Made by a program: the position numbers and the translations under genes
Notes under the pieces: generated by a model
What the model saw: only the letters and a program-made list of their open reading frames with translations
Told to the model about the DNA's origin: nothing
Database searches by the model: none
Assembly: GCA_963817735.1 (NCBI GenBank)
Contig: CAWFPP010000012.1
Location: 32,228 to 96,227, forward strand
Direction of reading: 5' to 3'
DNA length: 64,000 bases
Source of the DNA: an uncultured Acidimicrobiaceae bacterium
Lineage (GTDB): Bacteria; Actinomycetota; Acidimicrobiia; Acidimicrobiales; RAAP-2
Part shown: positions 9,041-17,444 of the stretch, piece after piece
Numbering within the stretch: the stretch's first letter is position 1
How the letters are laid out: each line of letters begins with the position of its first letter

Positions 9041-10024
9041 ATGGGGCTCCGCTTCTTAGGCCAAGGCAGGCTTGGGATTCTCTTTGCCGCCATGACTGCC
9101 TGCGTCTCCGCTACTTGCGTCAGCCCCCCGGCCGGCGCCCAACAGGCCGAGCCAGCGAGCATTCCGACGACGGCCACATTGGTCTACAACAAAGATTTCC
9201 CCGATCCGAGCATTCTCGTGGTAGGCCACACATACTTCGCGTACTCCACCAACTCCGACGGTGAGAACGTTCCCCTCATAGAGTCGAACGACCTTTTGCA
9301 TTGGCACGCGATCGGCGACGTCATGTCCGTCCTACCGTTATGGGCGAGCGAAGGCTATATCTGGTCGCCATCCGTGAGCCGTGCGCCGGGTGGCGGCTAC
9401 CAGCTCTTCTTCAGTTCCTACGACGAGTCACAAGGTGTCATGTGTCTCGGCCGCTCGACTTCGAGGTCACCGTTCGGACCTTTCGTCGACGTGAGTGGAG
9501 TGCCCTTCTTGTGCCAAGTGAGTGCCGGAGGTTCGATCGATCCCTCCGTCTATCGCTCCGAGGGAGCTGACTACCTCGTTTGGAAAGCTGATGGCGAGGG
9601 TAGACAACCACAGGCGATACTTTCTGCGCGCCTCACTTCCGACGATTCCGAGCTCGTCGGCCAGCCGGATACGCTGCTCAGCGCGAACTTAAGCTGGGAA
9701 GATGGAGTGGTCGAACGCCCCGCGTTCACGGATGCATCCGGGGTCTTGCATCTGTACTTCAGTGCAGGGCATTGGTCGAGTGCGGACTACGCCATAGGAA
9801 ACACCACCTGTTCAACCCCGTTGGGACCCTGTGCAGATAGTGCCTCCCTGCCCGTAACGATCTCATCGAGCGTTGCTACGGGGGCAGGTAGCCCAACGTT
9901 CTTCGTGGCTGACGATCAATCCTACCTAGCGTTCTCCGCTTGGACGAACGGAATCGTTGGCAATGAATTCGGTCATCGAGCTTTGTTCTTGATGAAGATT
10001 GGTGGCGATCAGGTCGCGACATGA
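9041..10024 (+). CDS. Secreted glycoside hydrolase family 43-like (five-bladed beta-propeller)
   Basis: Signal peptide, then DFPDPSILVVGHTYFAYSTN, WSPSV, GSIDPSVY and VERPAF blocks typical of GH43. Confidence 0.75.
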   Translation: MGLRFLGQGRLGILFAAMTACVSATCVSPPAGAQQAEPASIPTTATLVYNKDFPDPSILVVGHTYFAYSTNSDGENVPLIESNDLLHWHAIGDVMSVLPLWASEGYIWSPSVSRAPGGGYQLFFSSYDESQGVMCLGRSTSRSPFGPFVDVSGVPFLCQVSAGGSIDPSVYRSEGADYLVWKADGEGRQPQAILSARLTSDDSELVGQPDTLLSANLSWEDGVVERPAFTDASGVLHLYFSAGHWSSADYAIGNTTCSTPLGPCADSASLPVTISSSVATGAGSPTFFVADDQSYLAFSAWTNGIVGNEFGHRALFLMKIGGDQVAT

Positions 10025-10112
10025 GGACCGTGTCGGAGCGAGCTGCGAGCTCGGGAGGAAGTCTTCAGGATCTTGAAGTGGTGTCCATGGATCCTTTCTG
10101 GGGAAGGTTGTT

Positions 10113-10154
10113 CCATTAGGCCGAAGTGCTCCACACCCCACCTGCCCCAGAACG
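10113..10154 (-). repeat. Hairpin-tail repeat R14, the only inverted copy, flush with the IS110 3' end
   Basis: The minus strand reads CGTTCTGGGGCAGGTGGGGTGTGGAGCACTTCGGCCTAATGG. This aligns with the R4 tail plus its 3' flank, 3217-3260 (CGTTCGCTGCCGGGACGGTGGGGCAGTTCGGCACTTGCGGGCTAAGG). Confidence 0.55.
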
Positions 10155-11473
10155 ATGCTCCTATGGTTTGTCAAGGGCGAATTCTGATCTCGGGAGCGCA
10201 GCGAATACCTCGCGAGCGACGTAGCGCTTGAGGCAGCGAATCGCCTCCTTTGGTTCGACCATCCTTCATCCGACGCTCGATGTAGTGCTTGGTCCTCGGG
10301 TCGTTGACCATGCGGGTGAACACGATGTGCCACAGGGCAGAGTTGGCTTGGCGATCGCCACCGCGGTTGAGACGATGGCGCTCCTGCTTGCCGCTCGAGG
10401 CGTCGAGCGGGGAGACGCCGCAGAGCTTGGCGAAGGTCGCCTCGTTCTTCAGGCGCTCGGGGTTGTCCCCGGCGGCCACCAAGAGGGCCGACGCCACGTC
10501 GGTGCCCACCCCGTCGATGGCCCTGAGCTCGGGAGCGGTCTCGGCCACGAGGGTCTTCAAGATGCGGTCGATCTCTTTGACCTCCCCTTCGAGGGCGAGG
10601 GCCCGGCGGGCCAGCATGCGCAGGGTGAGCTTGGTGACACCCGTGACGTCGGTCCTTCCGGTGTGGCGATACACGCTGGCCAGTTCGAGGACTTTGTAGA
10701 TGGAGAGGTCACGCAGTTCGGCGCGCAGTTCGTCGGGAGCGGTCGAGATCAGGCTGCGCATCTGGTTGATGGCCTGGGTCCGGCTGCGCCGGGCCGAGCT
10801 GCGAGCGACGCGTAAAACCCGCATGGCCTCGACGTTTCCGGTCCTGGTCTTGGCCGATCCGTTGGCATCTCCACCTTGGGCGGCCCGGGCGGCCGAGACG
10901 GCGTCAAGGGTGTCGGACTTGCCTTGGCGCCGGCGCTTTTGGCGGTTGGGCCGATCCACTTCGACTACTGCCACCCCGCGGCGGTGCAGGTGGCGCGTCA
11001 GCCCGGCCCCGTAGCTGCCGGTCCCTTCGACCCCGATGAGCTCAAGGGTCCCGAAGCTTTGCAACCAGGCCAAAAGTGCCTCGTACCCCCTGGGCGTGGT
11101 GGCAAAGCTCTCGGTCCCTAGCAGCGCTCCTCGTTCGTCGAGCGCGGCCGCCACATGGACGTCGAGATGCGTGTCGACCCCTCCGGTGATCGTGCGCGCG
11201 ATAGTGGTCATTGTCATCTGTTCCTTTCGCTTGGGGTGGGTGGCACCGCACGGCCGGAACGATGGACAGGACAGCGAAGGGCCTGTGAAGGCAGGCTCCT
11301 ATGAGGTCACTCCGTCCGACCGGTTGGCGTCGGGTGAGTGTCCGAGCCGGGCCGACGGATCGTCTTGAGGACAGTCCCGAGGGACGTCAGTCGGACTTGC
11401 ATTGGGTCAGACCTGGCTCGGGCACACACCCACACGCTGACCAGTTCTGCCTCTGCAGTGGTGGACCGTCAGC
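10155..11473 (-). mobile_element. IS110-family insertion sequence (approximate ends)
   Basis: Transposase plus about 255 nt of non-coding 5' region (11218-11473) and almost no 3' non-coding region. Flanked by repeat R14 (inverted) and repeat R15. No terminal inverted repeats seen, as expected for IS110. Ends are inferred from where the flanking repeats begin. Confidence 0.55.
10171..11217 (-). CDS. IS110 family transposase (DEDD/RuvC-like N-terminal domain plus Transposase_20 domain); 3' end apparently frameshifted
   Basis: GGVDTHLDVHVAAALD...IGVEGTGSYG... and GVGTDVASALLVAAGDNPERLKNEATFAKLCGVSPLDASSGKQERHRLNRGGDRQANSALW are IS110 hallmarks. The canonical C-terminus AIRCLKRYVAREVFAAL is encoded in the adjacent frame from about 10245 and stops at 10161. 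Confidence 0.9.
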   Translation of the reverse strand: MTMTTIARTITGGVDTHLDVHVAAALDERGALLGTESFATTPRGYEALLAWLQSFGTLELIGVEGTGSYGAGLTRHLHRRGVAVVEVDRPNRQKRRRQGKSDTLDAVSAARAAQGGDANGSAKTRTGNVEAMRVLRVARSSARRSRTQAINQMRSLISTAPDELRAELRDLSIYKVLELASVYRHTGRTDVTGVTKLTLRMLARRALALEGEVKEIDRILKTLVAETAPELRAIDGVGTDVASALLVAAGDNPERLKNEATFAKLCGVSPLDASSGKQERHRLNRGGDRQANSALWHIVFTRMVNDPRTKHYIERRMKDGRTKGGDSLPQALRRSRGIRCAPEIRIRP

Positions 11474-11505
11474 GGGCTGCGTCAATCCTCGCTGCCGGCT
11501 CGCGG
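11474..11505 (+). repeat. Hairpin-tail repeat R15, adjacent to the IS110 5' end
   Basis: GGGctgCGTCAATCCTCGCTGCCGGCTCGCGG. Confidence 0.55.
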
Positions 11506-11516
11506 CGACATAGCTC

Positions 11517-12635
11517 ATGAAACCGTGGCTGTCAGAAGGCTCAATGAGGCGCCTAATACCCCCTGTTCTCATCGTTGTATTGGCGTCAGTGACGATCGGA
11601 GCCGCCCTCATCGGCCAGAGCGAGAGCCCAGGGACTGGCGGAAATCCAGAGGCTCAGGCGACCTTGAACAACGCGGTCCACAAGACACTCGCAGGCGAGA
11701 GTGTGACCATGAGTCTGGGTCAGGGCTTCACGGTTGTCTACGAAGCCCCAGATCTCACGGAAACCGCGATGCCGTTTAACGGCGTGACGATCCAGGATGG
11801 TTCACACACGTTGACGAAAGGATTCGGCCAATGGTTCGAAGATCTGCCTTCTGGGTACGTGCCGGGGCCCTACGCGGCCCTCTTTTCACCTTCGCAGGTC
11901 CTCGGACGGCTGCTCCATCTACCCGACCTCGAGGTCAAGGGTGCCCAGACGTTCGTGTCCAAACGCGTTCTTGCGCCCACCAGGAAAGTTCACAGCACCG
12001 TCACCGTCATCGAGACAGTGCACACAGCTGATGGATTCATTGTCAGCGTCCGCACCACTTATCGAAACGCCCCGCCGATTCCCGTGGCTACTTGTGGCAA
12101 CTGTCAAGGCGAAGCATTTGCTACACCTCTTGCGAGCAGCACCGCGGTCACGTTTGGTGGCTTCAATTCATGGCACGTATCGATCCCTGCCTCGGACGAA
12201 ATCGTGACCCGCACGACCGTGGCCACACAGAAGATAGGCCATGACCGCCTTGCCGTGTACGAATGGGCGTCTGGGGGATCCTCGGGTACGACCACCGGAT
12301 TCAGTCTGACGAATGAACTGGGTAGCCCGATCGACGGCGGTAGCGGGGGCCCCACGGGAGCCCCGATATCGGGACCGGACGGTCTCTTTCCTGAGGGAGG
12401 GGGTTCAAGCGGTCCGGGGTCCTGGGGCGACGTCACGGTGTCGGTGTCGGGTAGCGACGTCACCAGCGTGAGACTGGTCGTGGGCGCCCTAACCGTTGAT
12501 GTCATGGTCCCCGCGAAAGTCGGTTCCAGTCGATTCGTGATTCTCCTCGCCAGGGTGCCAAAGGAAGGAGAAACTTCGATCCAAGGGCTCAATTCGTCCA
12601 ACCAGGTGGCCACATCGACTCCCTACAGCTGGTGA
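11517..12635 (+). CDS. Hypothetical secreted protein
   Basis: N-terminal anchor or signal sequence (RRLIPPVLIVVLASVTIGAALIG), a Gly/Ser-rich segment, coding-like third-position GC. 4-nt overlap with the next gene. The true start may be Met at 11544. Confidence 0.5.
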   Translation: MKPWLSEGSMRRLIPPVLIVVLASVTIGAALIGQSESPGTGGNPEAQATLNNAVHKTLAGESVTMSLGQGFTVVYEAPDLTETAMPFNGVTIQDGSHTLTKGFGQWFEDLPSGYVPGPYAALFSPSQVLGRLLHLPDLEVKGAQTFVSKRVLAPTRKVHSTVTVIETVHTADGFIVSVRTTYRNAPPIPVATCGNCQGEAFATPLASSTAVTFGGFNSWHVSIPASDEIVTRTTVATQKIGHDRLAVYEWASGGSSGTTTGFSLTNELGSPIDGGSGGPTGAPISGPDGLFPEGGGSSGPGSWGDVTVSVSGSDVTSVRLVVGALTVDVMVPAKVGSSRFVILLARVPKEGETSIQGLNSSNQVATSTPYSW

Positions 12636-13336
12636 ATGCAATCATGGATGCGTGGTATCCGGATGATGGCGATCCGTCGGTGATCGGAGAATCGTCCGAC
12701 GAACGAGAGCAGCATCGTCGATCACTCTGGGCGTATTACGACCGGCGGGTGGCCGGACGCTTGCCTGGCTTGGCCAACGCCCATGCCTACTGGACGCGTC
12801 TAGGCGTCACTGTCGAAGTCGAAGACATCGCCGCTGAAGCTGCGCAGCTTGAACGCCTACTTCGTGAACTCTCTGCAGTCCGCTTTGTCGAGGTAGGTGC
12901 CGGGCCAGGCACTTTCACCCGATACCTGTCAGGGAGTGGCATCGCCATCGACCAGAGTCGAAAGGCGCTCGACGTTCTGCGCACCGAAGCTCCGGGGGTG
13001 CCTGTGATCCAGGCAGATGCCACAGCCCTACCCGTAGGATCCCACGCCGTCGACCGCTGTTTCTCCGCCCACCTTTATGGCTTGCTTCTTCCAGGCGAGC
13101 GTGAATCCTTTCTTGCCGAGGCGCACCGGGTTGCGTCCGAGGTCGTAATCCTTGACGCAGGTCGCCCCCGGGGCGTGAGCGCCGAGGAGTGGCAAGAGCG
13201 GACCCTGCCCGAAGGAGATCACTACAGAGTCTTCCGCAGACACTTTGATGCGGACGCGTTGGCCGCCGAAGTCGGTGCTGAGGTCCTGTTCGCCGGGCAG
13301 TTCTACGTGCTGGTGGGCACTACGGCGGCCTCGTAA
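12632..13336 (+). CDS. Class I SAM-dependent methyltransferase
   Basis: Motif I VEVGAGPGTFTRYL and post-I/II pattern (IQADATALP...). ATGA overlap with the upstream gene. Confidence 0.75.
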   Translation: MNAIMDAWYPDDGDPSVIGESSDEREQHRRSLWAYYDRRVAGRLPGLANAHAYWTRLGVTVEVEDIAAEAAQLERLLRELSAVRFVEVGAGPGTFTRYLSGSGIAIDQSRKALDVLRTEAPGVPVIQADATALPVGSHAVDRCFSAHLYGLLLPGERESFLAEAHRVASEVVILDAGRPRGVSAEEWQERTLPEGDHYRVFRRHFDADALAAEVGAEVLFAGQFYVLVGTTAAS

Positions 13337-13470
13337 AATTTCAGCTCCCGAATCGAGGCGGACCGGGAAAGGTGTGCCGGTCCTCGAACTTTCCGTTGGA
13401 AGCTCAGCCACGCGCCCGGTATCGCGTACCCGAGGCCCAATGACCGGATCGGACCTCCGCTTCGCACCTA

Positions 13471-13492
13471 ACCCAGTTCGCCGGGTAGTTGG
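13471..13492 (+). repeat. Hairpin-tail repeat R16 (weak)
   Basis: ACCCAGTTCGCCGGGTAGTTGG. Confidence 0.35.
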
Positions 13493-13518
13493 ACCAACGA
13501 TCTGGCCGAGTCCTCCGT

Positions 13519-13863
13519 TCAACCGATGCAGAATTCGTTGCCTTCAGGGTCAAGCATGACGGTCCAACTGCTTCCGTTGCCCTCTCGGTACTCGACCTTG
13601 GTCGCGCCGAGAGCGACGAGGTGCTGGATCTCCTCCTCTGGGTTCTTGGTGGCCAAGTCAACGTGCATTCGGCTCTTCGTCGTCTTTGGTTCGGGAACCC
13701 GCCAGAACAAGAGCCCCCGGACGCCTCGGTGGTCGGGGGCCACCAGAGCTGCGAACTCATCGTCTTCAGCTACGGACTGATAGCCGGTGACTTCTGACCA
13801 GAAGGCTGAGAGCCGCCTTGGATCGCCACAATCGAATGTCACGTATTTGATGAACGCCGTCAT
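13519..13863 (-). CDS. VOC family (glyoxalase-like domain) protein
   Basis: IKYVTFDCGDPRRLSAFWSEVTGY...RMHVDLAT...LVALGATKV...VMLDPEGNEFCI is typical of Glyoxalase_6-like proteins. Confidence 0.75.
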   Translation of the reverse strand: MTAFIKYVTFDCGDPRRLSAFWSEVTGYQSVAEDDEFAALVAPDHRGVRGLLFWRVPEPKTTKSRMHVDLATKNPEEEIQHLVALGATKVEYREGNGSSWTVMLDPEGNEFCIG

Positions 13864-13939
13864 GGTCCGAAGCTAGGCCAGAATCCGCGCAAACAGGCGC
13901 AAGATCTCAACCCGCGATCTTGTAACCGCACCCGCGGTT

Positions 13940-13972
13940 GGGGTGCACCAGTTCGCTGGATGGTGGGACAGG
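13940..13972 (+). repeat. Hairpin-tail repeat R17
   Basis: GGGGtgcaCCAGTTCGCTGGATGGTGGGACAGG. Confidence 0.55.
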
Positions 13973-13995
13973 ACGCCGCTTGGGATCGCAGGCGA

Positions 13996-14562
13996 TCAGC
14001 CATCTCCGGGCGATCGCTGAGAAAGCTGAATAATCGGAATCGTTCGATGTGCCATGGCTGCCTCACGTCGATAAGTCGCGTAAGCCGGGAACACCCGGTC
14101 CGCCATGGACCACAGCCTGTCTCGATCAGCTTCGTTGTTCACCACCCTGGCTCTCATCGGGATTCCGCCGAAGAGAACATCTGGATGAGCGCGGACGTTG
14201 TGATACCAATCAGGATGCTTCGAACTCCCGGCGTTCGAGGCTGCGATGGTGACTCTTTCACCATCGTGAAAGTAGATGATGGCATTGCGCCGCCGTGCGC
14301 CGCTTTTTACCCCTTTTGTCTCCAACACAGCCGTCGGGAAGACCAGTGTCGTAGCCAATCGTCCATGGCTCACTCGCAAGAGGATTGGATCGAGCTTCCA
14401 GCCGACTTTGCACGACACATACCTGGCGAAGCGTGCCGTGGCGAATGTTGCGTACATACGAGCGAACACGCCAGGCGGCCGAATCGGGTCGACGCATTTG
14501 AGACTGACGGCCAACGCGGACACTCTCCCTTCCGCTATCACCACACTGGCATTTGCGACCAT
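13996..14562 (-). CDS. Nitroreductase-family deazaflavin (F420H2)-dependent oxidoreductase, DUF385 (second paralogue)
   Basis: LLRVSHGRLATTLVFPTAVLETKGVKSGARRRNAIIYFHDGERVTIAASNAGSSKHPDWYHNVRAHPDV is the Ddn/DUF385 core. Met at 14562 preferred, because the track start 14613 lies inside repeat R18. Confidence 0.75.
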   Translation of the reverse strand: MVANASVVIAEGRVSALAVSLKCVDPIRPPGVFARMYATFATARFARYVSCKVGWKLDPILLRVSHGRLATTLVFPTAVLETKGVKSGARRRNAIIYFHDGERVTIAASNAGSSKHPDWYHNVRAHPDVLFGGIPMRARVVNNEADRDRLWSMADRVFPAYATYRREAAMAHRTIPIIQLSQRSPGDG

Positions 14563-14603
14563 TGCGTACACTGTTTGTCGGAAGCGTAGTTGGGTCCGTC
14601 GAT

Positions 14604-14645
14604 GGTGCCCCATTTTCGCTGCCGGGACGGTGGGACAGTTCGCAC
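14604..14645 (+). repeat. Hairpin-tail repeat R18
   Basis: GGtgCCCCATTTTCGCTGCCGGGACGGTGGGACAGTTCGCAC. Confidence 0.7.
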
Positions 14646-14686
14646 ATATGGGCTAGGGGCTGATCCGGCATTTCAGTCCGGTGGAA

Positions 14687-14708
14687 GGGGTAACCGCTAC
14701 TTTGGACG
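14687..14708 (+). repeat. Hairpin-tail repeat R19 (tandem to R18, weak)
   Basis: GGGGtaaCCGCTACTTTGGACG. Aligns with R5. Confidence 0.35.
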
Positions 14709-14711
14709 CGT

Positions 14712-15060
14712 ATGAATGCTGGGGTGTGCGTCCGCATCTACCGACCGAGGGCGCTGATTGGCTGGGGCGGATACTTCAACGTCGTGATCGACGGGGTTGA
14801 GCGGGCCAACTTTGGTCAAAGCAGATGAAGACGTTCGACGTTTGCCGGGGCGACACGAGGTTCAACTGAAATACGGGGTGCTTCCTCGATCAGCCGTGCA
14901 AGAGTTCATCGCAAGCGCTGGAGACGTTGTGAGCTTTGCTTGCTCGCCTGCGCAGACGGCACTGGGCTTGACCGGCTTGCGACCCGCCTCGGCGAGAGAC
15001 AGCGCAGAGATGGAAGCCCTGGTTGTCAAGCCGCCGTCTCCAAGGAACATCTCGCCACCC
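14712..15060 (+). pseudogene. Possible frameshifted small protein (YRP...IDG...PGxH pattern, DUF2846-like?)
   Basis: ATG 14712 gives MNAGVCVRIYRPRALIGWGGYFNVVIDGVERAN, then stops. The sense continues in the +1 frame (LVKADEDVRRLPGRHEVQLKYGVLPRSAVQEFIASAGDVVSFACSP) after a TTT run near 14808. The 3' end is uncertain. Confidence 0.25.
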
Positions 15061-15125
15061 CAGTCCATAATCATCCTGACGAGCGGCTCCGATAGGAAAC
15101 GTTGGCGGCGAATGGCGGCCGTCGA

Positions 15126-15151
15126 GGGTCGCCCAGTTCGTCGGGATCGAG
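15126..15151 (+). repeat. Hairpin-tail repeat R20
   Basis: GGGtcgCCCAGTTCGTCGGGATCGAG. Confidence 0.5.
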
Positions 15152-15163
15152 ACGCCGTACGAC

Positions 15164-15970
15164 TCAGGCAGCGACAGCCCGGCCCAGTACCGCCCTCATG
15201 ATCACGTGGGGATCACTGCTGGCCTGTTCCTCTATGGCGACGAACAGCGCCTCTTGTTGGGGTGGGCCCAGTGCTGCAACCGTTGGACCGTAGGTGGAGC
15301 CGGTGATTCCGAGGGCTGCGCATCGGGGCTCGGGCCACAGAAGCGGGACCTCAACGGTGCGGACGACTGTCTGTTTGGCAGCCACCGTCGTGAGCAGGCG
15401 CCCGATCTCGCTCTCCGACATGGTGACGACCGAGGTGTCGTATGCGTTTGGGTACGGTTCAGGAACGCCATGGTCCTGGAGTATCCGAGCGTAGGAGGCG
15501 AAGGGCTCGGGCGGACACTCGTCGGACCAGACGGCGATCCCGAGAGCGCCACCGGGACGCAGCACTCGGATCATTTCCGTGATCGCGGCGTGTCGGTCAG
15601 ACATGAACTGCAGACCCTGTTGGCAGTAGACGGCATCGATGACTCCATCGGGCAGAGCGAGATGGTCGGCAGGGCTTTCGAGTGCTTCCACCGCGGCCCG
15701 GTCATCCGTTGCTTCGCATCGAACTCCGGCGACCATGAGCGGGCTGACGTCAGAGGCGATCACCCGTCCGCCCGGTCCGACAATGGGTGCCGCCGCGTGT
15801 GCCACCGCACCTGTCCCTGCCGCGACGTCGAGCACCAGGTCCCCGGACGAAGGGGCCACGAAGGCCAGTAGCTCCCGCGCCCACGGATCGAACACTGCCG
15901 GCTGCAGGTAGTGCCGATAGCCGTCCGGAACAGAGGTGAAGTTGAACAGACCTGGCTCGGGTTCGCTCAT
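15164..15970 (-). CDS. Class I SAM-dependent methyltransferase
   Basis: Motif I VLDVAAGTGAVA, DAVYCQQGLQF, and LRPGGALGIAVW. Confidence 0.8.
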   Translation of the reverse strand: MSEPEPGLFNFTSVPDGYRHYLQPAVFDPWARELLAFVAPSSGDLVLDVAAGTGAVAHAAAPIVGPGGRVIASDVSPLMVAGVRCEATDDRAAVEALESPADHLALPDGVIDAVYCQQGLQFMSDRHAAITEMIRVLRPGGALGIAVWSDECPPEPFASYARILQDHGVPEPYPNAYDTSVVTMSESEIGRLLTTVAAKQTVVRTVEVPLLWPEPRCAALGITGSTYGPTVAALGPPQQEALFVAIEEQASSDPHVIMRAVLGRAVAA

Positions 15971-15994
15971 AGGCCAAAACTACTGCTCGCCCCT

Positions 15995-16017
15995 GACCCG
16001 TTCGCCGGCTGGGTGCG
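15995..16017 (+). repeat. Hairpin-tail repeat R21
   Basis: GACCCGTTCGCCGGCTGGGTGCG. Lies between the two methyltransferase genes. Confidence 0.5.
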
Positions 16018-16779
16018 CTACTTGTGGGCTCGCAGCCAGAACCTCCGATGGGGCACCCGGATCGGTCCGTCGTGAAGCCGAAGGAGCGCCTGGCGGTGCG
16101 TGCTGACCGTGAAGCCGGGGACGGCCCACGGCACCGATCGCAGATACCAGGCGAGGGCGCCGATGTCGGCGAACACCGTTGTCGCGGTCCCGACCTCGGC
16201 TTCGTCGATGCTCAGACCCGCATCCTGGAGTTGCGCAACGATCATGTCGAGCTCCAGCTCTTGAACGCTGGGTGACTCTCTTCCGAGGAGCTCGTGGAAC
16301 TGTTGGGAAGCCGAGTGCGTCTGTTGAGTGAGAAACGTGCCCTCACGACGGAGCACCCGAGCCACCTCGGTGGCCCGGAAGCTCTCGTGGCGATTGGTGA
16401 CCAGATCGAATGTCTCGGTGCGAAATGGCAACCGGCCCGCCGGATCCCCGGGCTCTTGGCGATGATTGTCTGTTGCGCCCTCCGTATAAACGACGGGGAT
16501 TCCCAGCGGGCGGAGTCTGCCCGTCGCGACCGCAACGTTCGGTTGCCAGCCCTCGGTCGCAACCGTGATGAGGGCGCGAGCGCGCAGCGACGACAGCCAC
16601 TCGCCGCCGCCGGTCCCCATATCAAGCATTCTTGTGCTGTCTGCGGCCGCGTTTGCGACGATCTCCTCGAAGTCCCAATCCGGCGACTCCAGCGCCAACC
16701 GGTCCCCCAGCGTCGAGAAGTCCCATCCTTGAAAGGTCGTGGCCTCGGCCTCGGCCAGCAACTCCTCGGGGTCGACCAT
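16018..16779 (-). CDS. Class I SAM-dependent methyltransferase
   Basis: MLDMGTGGGEWL motif I, FDLVTNRHE, and LRREGTFLTQQ. Met at 16779 chosen inside ORF 16018..16890. Confidence 0.7.
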   Translation of the reverse strand: MVDPEELLAEAEATTFQGWDFSTLGDRLALESPDWDFEEIVANAAADSTRMLDMGTGGGEWLSSLRARALITVATEGWQPNVAVATGRLRPLGIPVVYTEGATDNHRQEPGDPAGRLPFRTETFDLVTNRHESFRATEVARVLRREGTFLTQQTHSASQQFHELLGRESPSVQELELDMIVAQLQDAGLSIDEAEVGTATTVFADIGALAWYLRSVPWAVPGFTVSTHRQALLRLHDGPIRVPHRRFWLRAHK

Positions 16780-16860
16780 GCACCCAAGTATCTGCCGTCC
16801 GGAAGGGCTCCACCTAATGCGGCGCGTCCGCCTAGGGTTCGCTCCCATCACCGCTGCCGT

Positions 16861-16881
16861 CGAACGCCGGACCGGTGGGTC
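16861..16881 (+). repeat. Hairpin-tail repeat R22 (tail only, weak)
   Basis: CGAACGCCGGACCGGTGGGTC. Resembles R2. Confidence 0.3.
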
Positions 16882-16944
16882 ACACTCCAACCTCGGCCAC
16901 TCACAAGCCTTGAGAAAATCCTGATGCTCCAGGTAAGGATTCGA

Positions 16945-16983
16945 TGTAGTTAAGGGGCGTAGTTAAGGGATGTAGTTAAGGGG
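16945..16983. repeat. 3 x 13-nt perfect-to-near-perfect tandem repeat (TGTAGTTAAGGGG)
   Basis: tgtagttaagggg / cgtagttaaggga / tgtagttaagggg. The stop codon (16963-16965) and last codons of the membrane protein gene lie inside it. Confidence 0.8.
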
Positions 16984-17388
16984 CCAAGCCTCTGTATTCA
17001 CACGCAGGTCGGGTCGGATGACCTGAATTTCCTTGAGGAACGCTCGCAAACCCTTTCGAACCGGAATGGAGACGCAGAAAGAATCGCGTCCAATGAGCAC
17101 CCAGATTCCTGGACCGACGCGGGCCTGGCGAACAGCCGAGAGTTCGTCTATCCGAAGTTCGCCTGTGGCTAACGGGGCGCTCCATCGGAGTCGGTCTCCG
17201 GTTAGCTCCAGCCTGTACGCCCGACGAAAAAGAGTCCGGAACACAGTCCAAATGATGACCGCCACGAAGACAATCACCACAAGGACCAAAACCGCAGGCA
17301 TTTGATTGGCGGCAACAATGAACCCGACAGCCAAAACAGTCATCACGGCCGCGAGCCCGAGGGAGAGGGGGCGGACGAATCCCGGCAT
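16963..17388 (-). CDS. Hypothetical two-TM membrane protein with PH-like C-terminal part
   Basis: MPGFVRPLSLGLAAVMTVLAVGFIVAANQMPAVLVLVVIVFVAVIIWTVF then YRLELTGDRLRWSAP... Met at 17388 preferred, because the longer ORF (to 17499) reads through repeat R23. Confidence 0.45.
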   Translation of the reverse strand: MPGFVRPLSLGLAAVMTVLAVGFIVAANQMPAVLVLVVIVFVAVIIWTVFRTLFRRAYRLELTGDRLRWSAPLATGELRIDELSAVRQARVGPGIWVLIGRDSFCVSIPVRKGLRAFLKEIQVIRPDLRVNTEAWPLNYIP

Positions 17389-17444
17389 CCGATAGCGGGT
17401 CAGCACGGGACCAGTGTTGCCAAGGATCACCGCCAGCCGGGTAA

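Noticed and set aside
16945-16983. The tandem 13-mers as a miniature CRISPR array.
   Set aside because: The units are directly adjacent with no spacers, there are only three copies, and there are no cas genes in the window.
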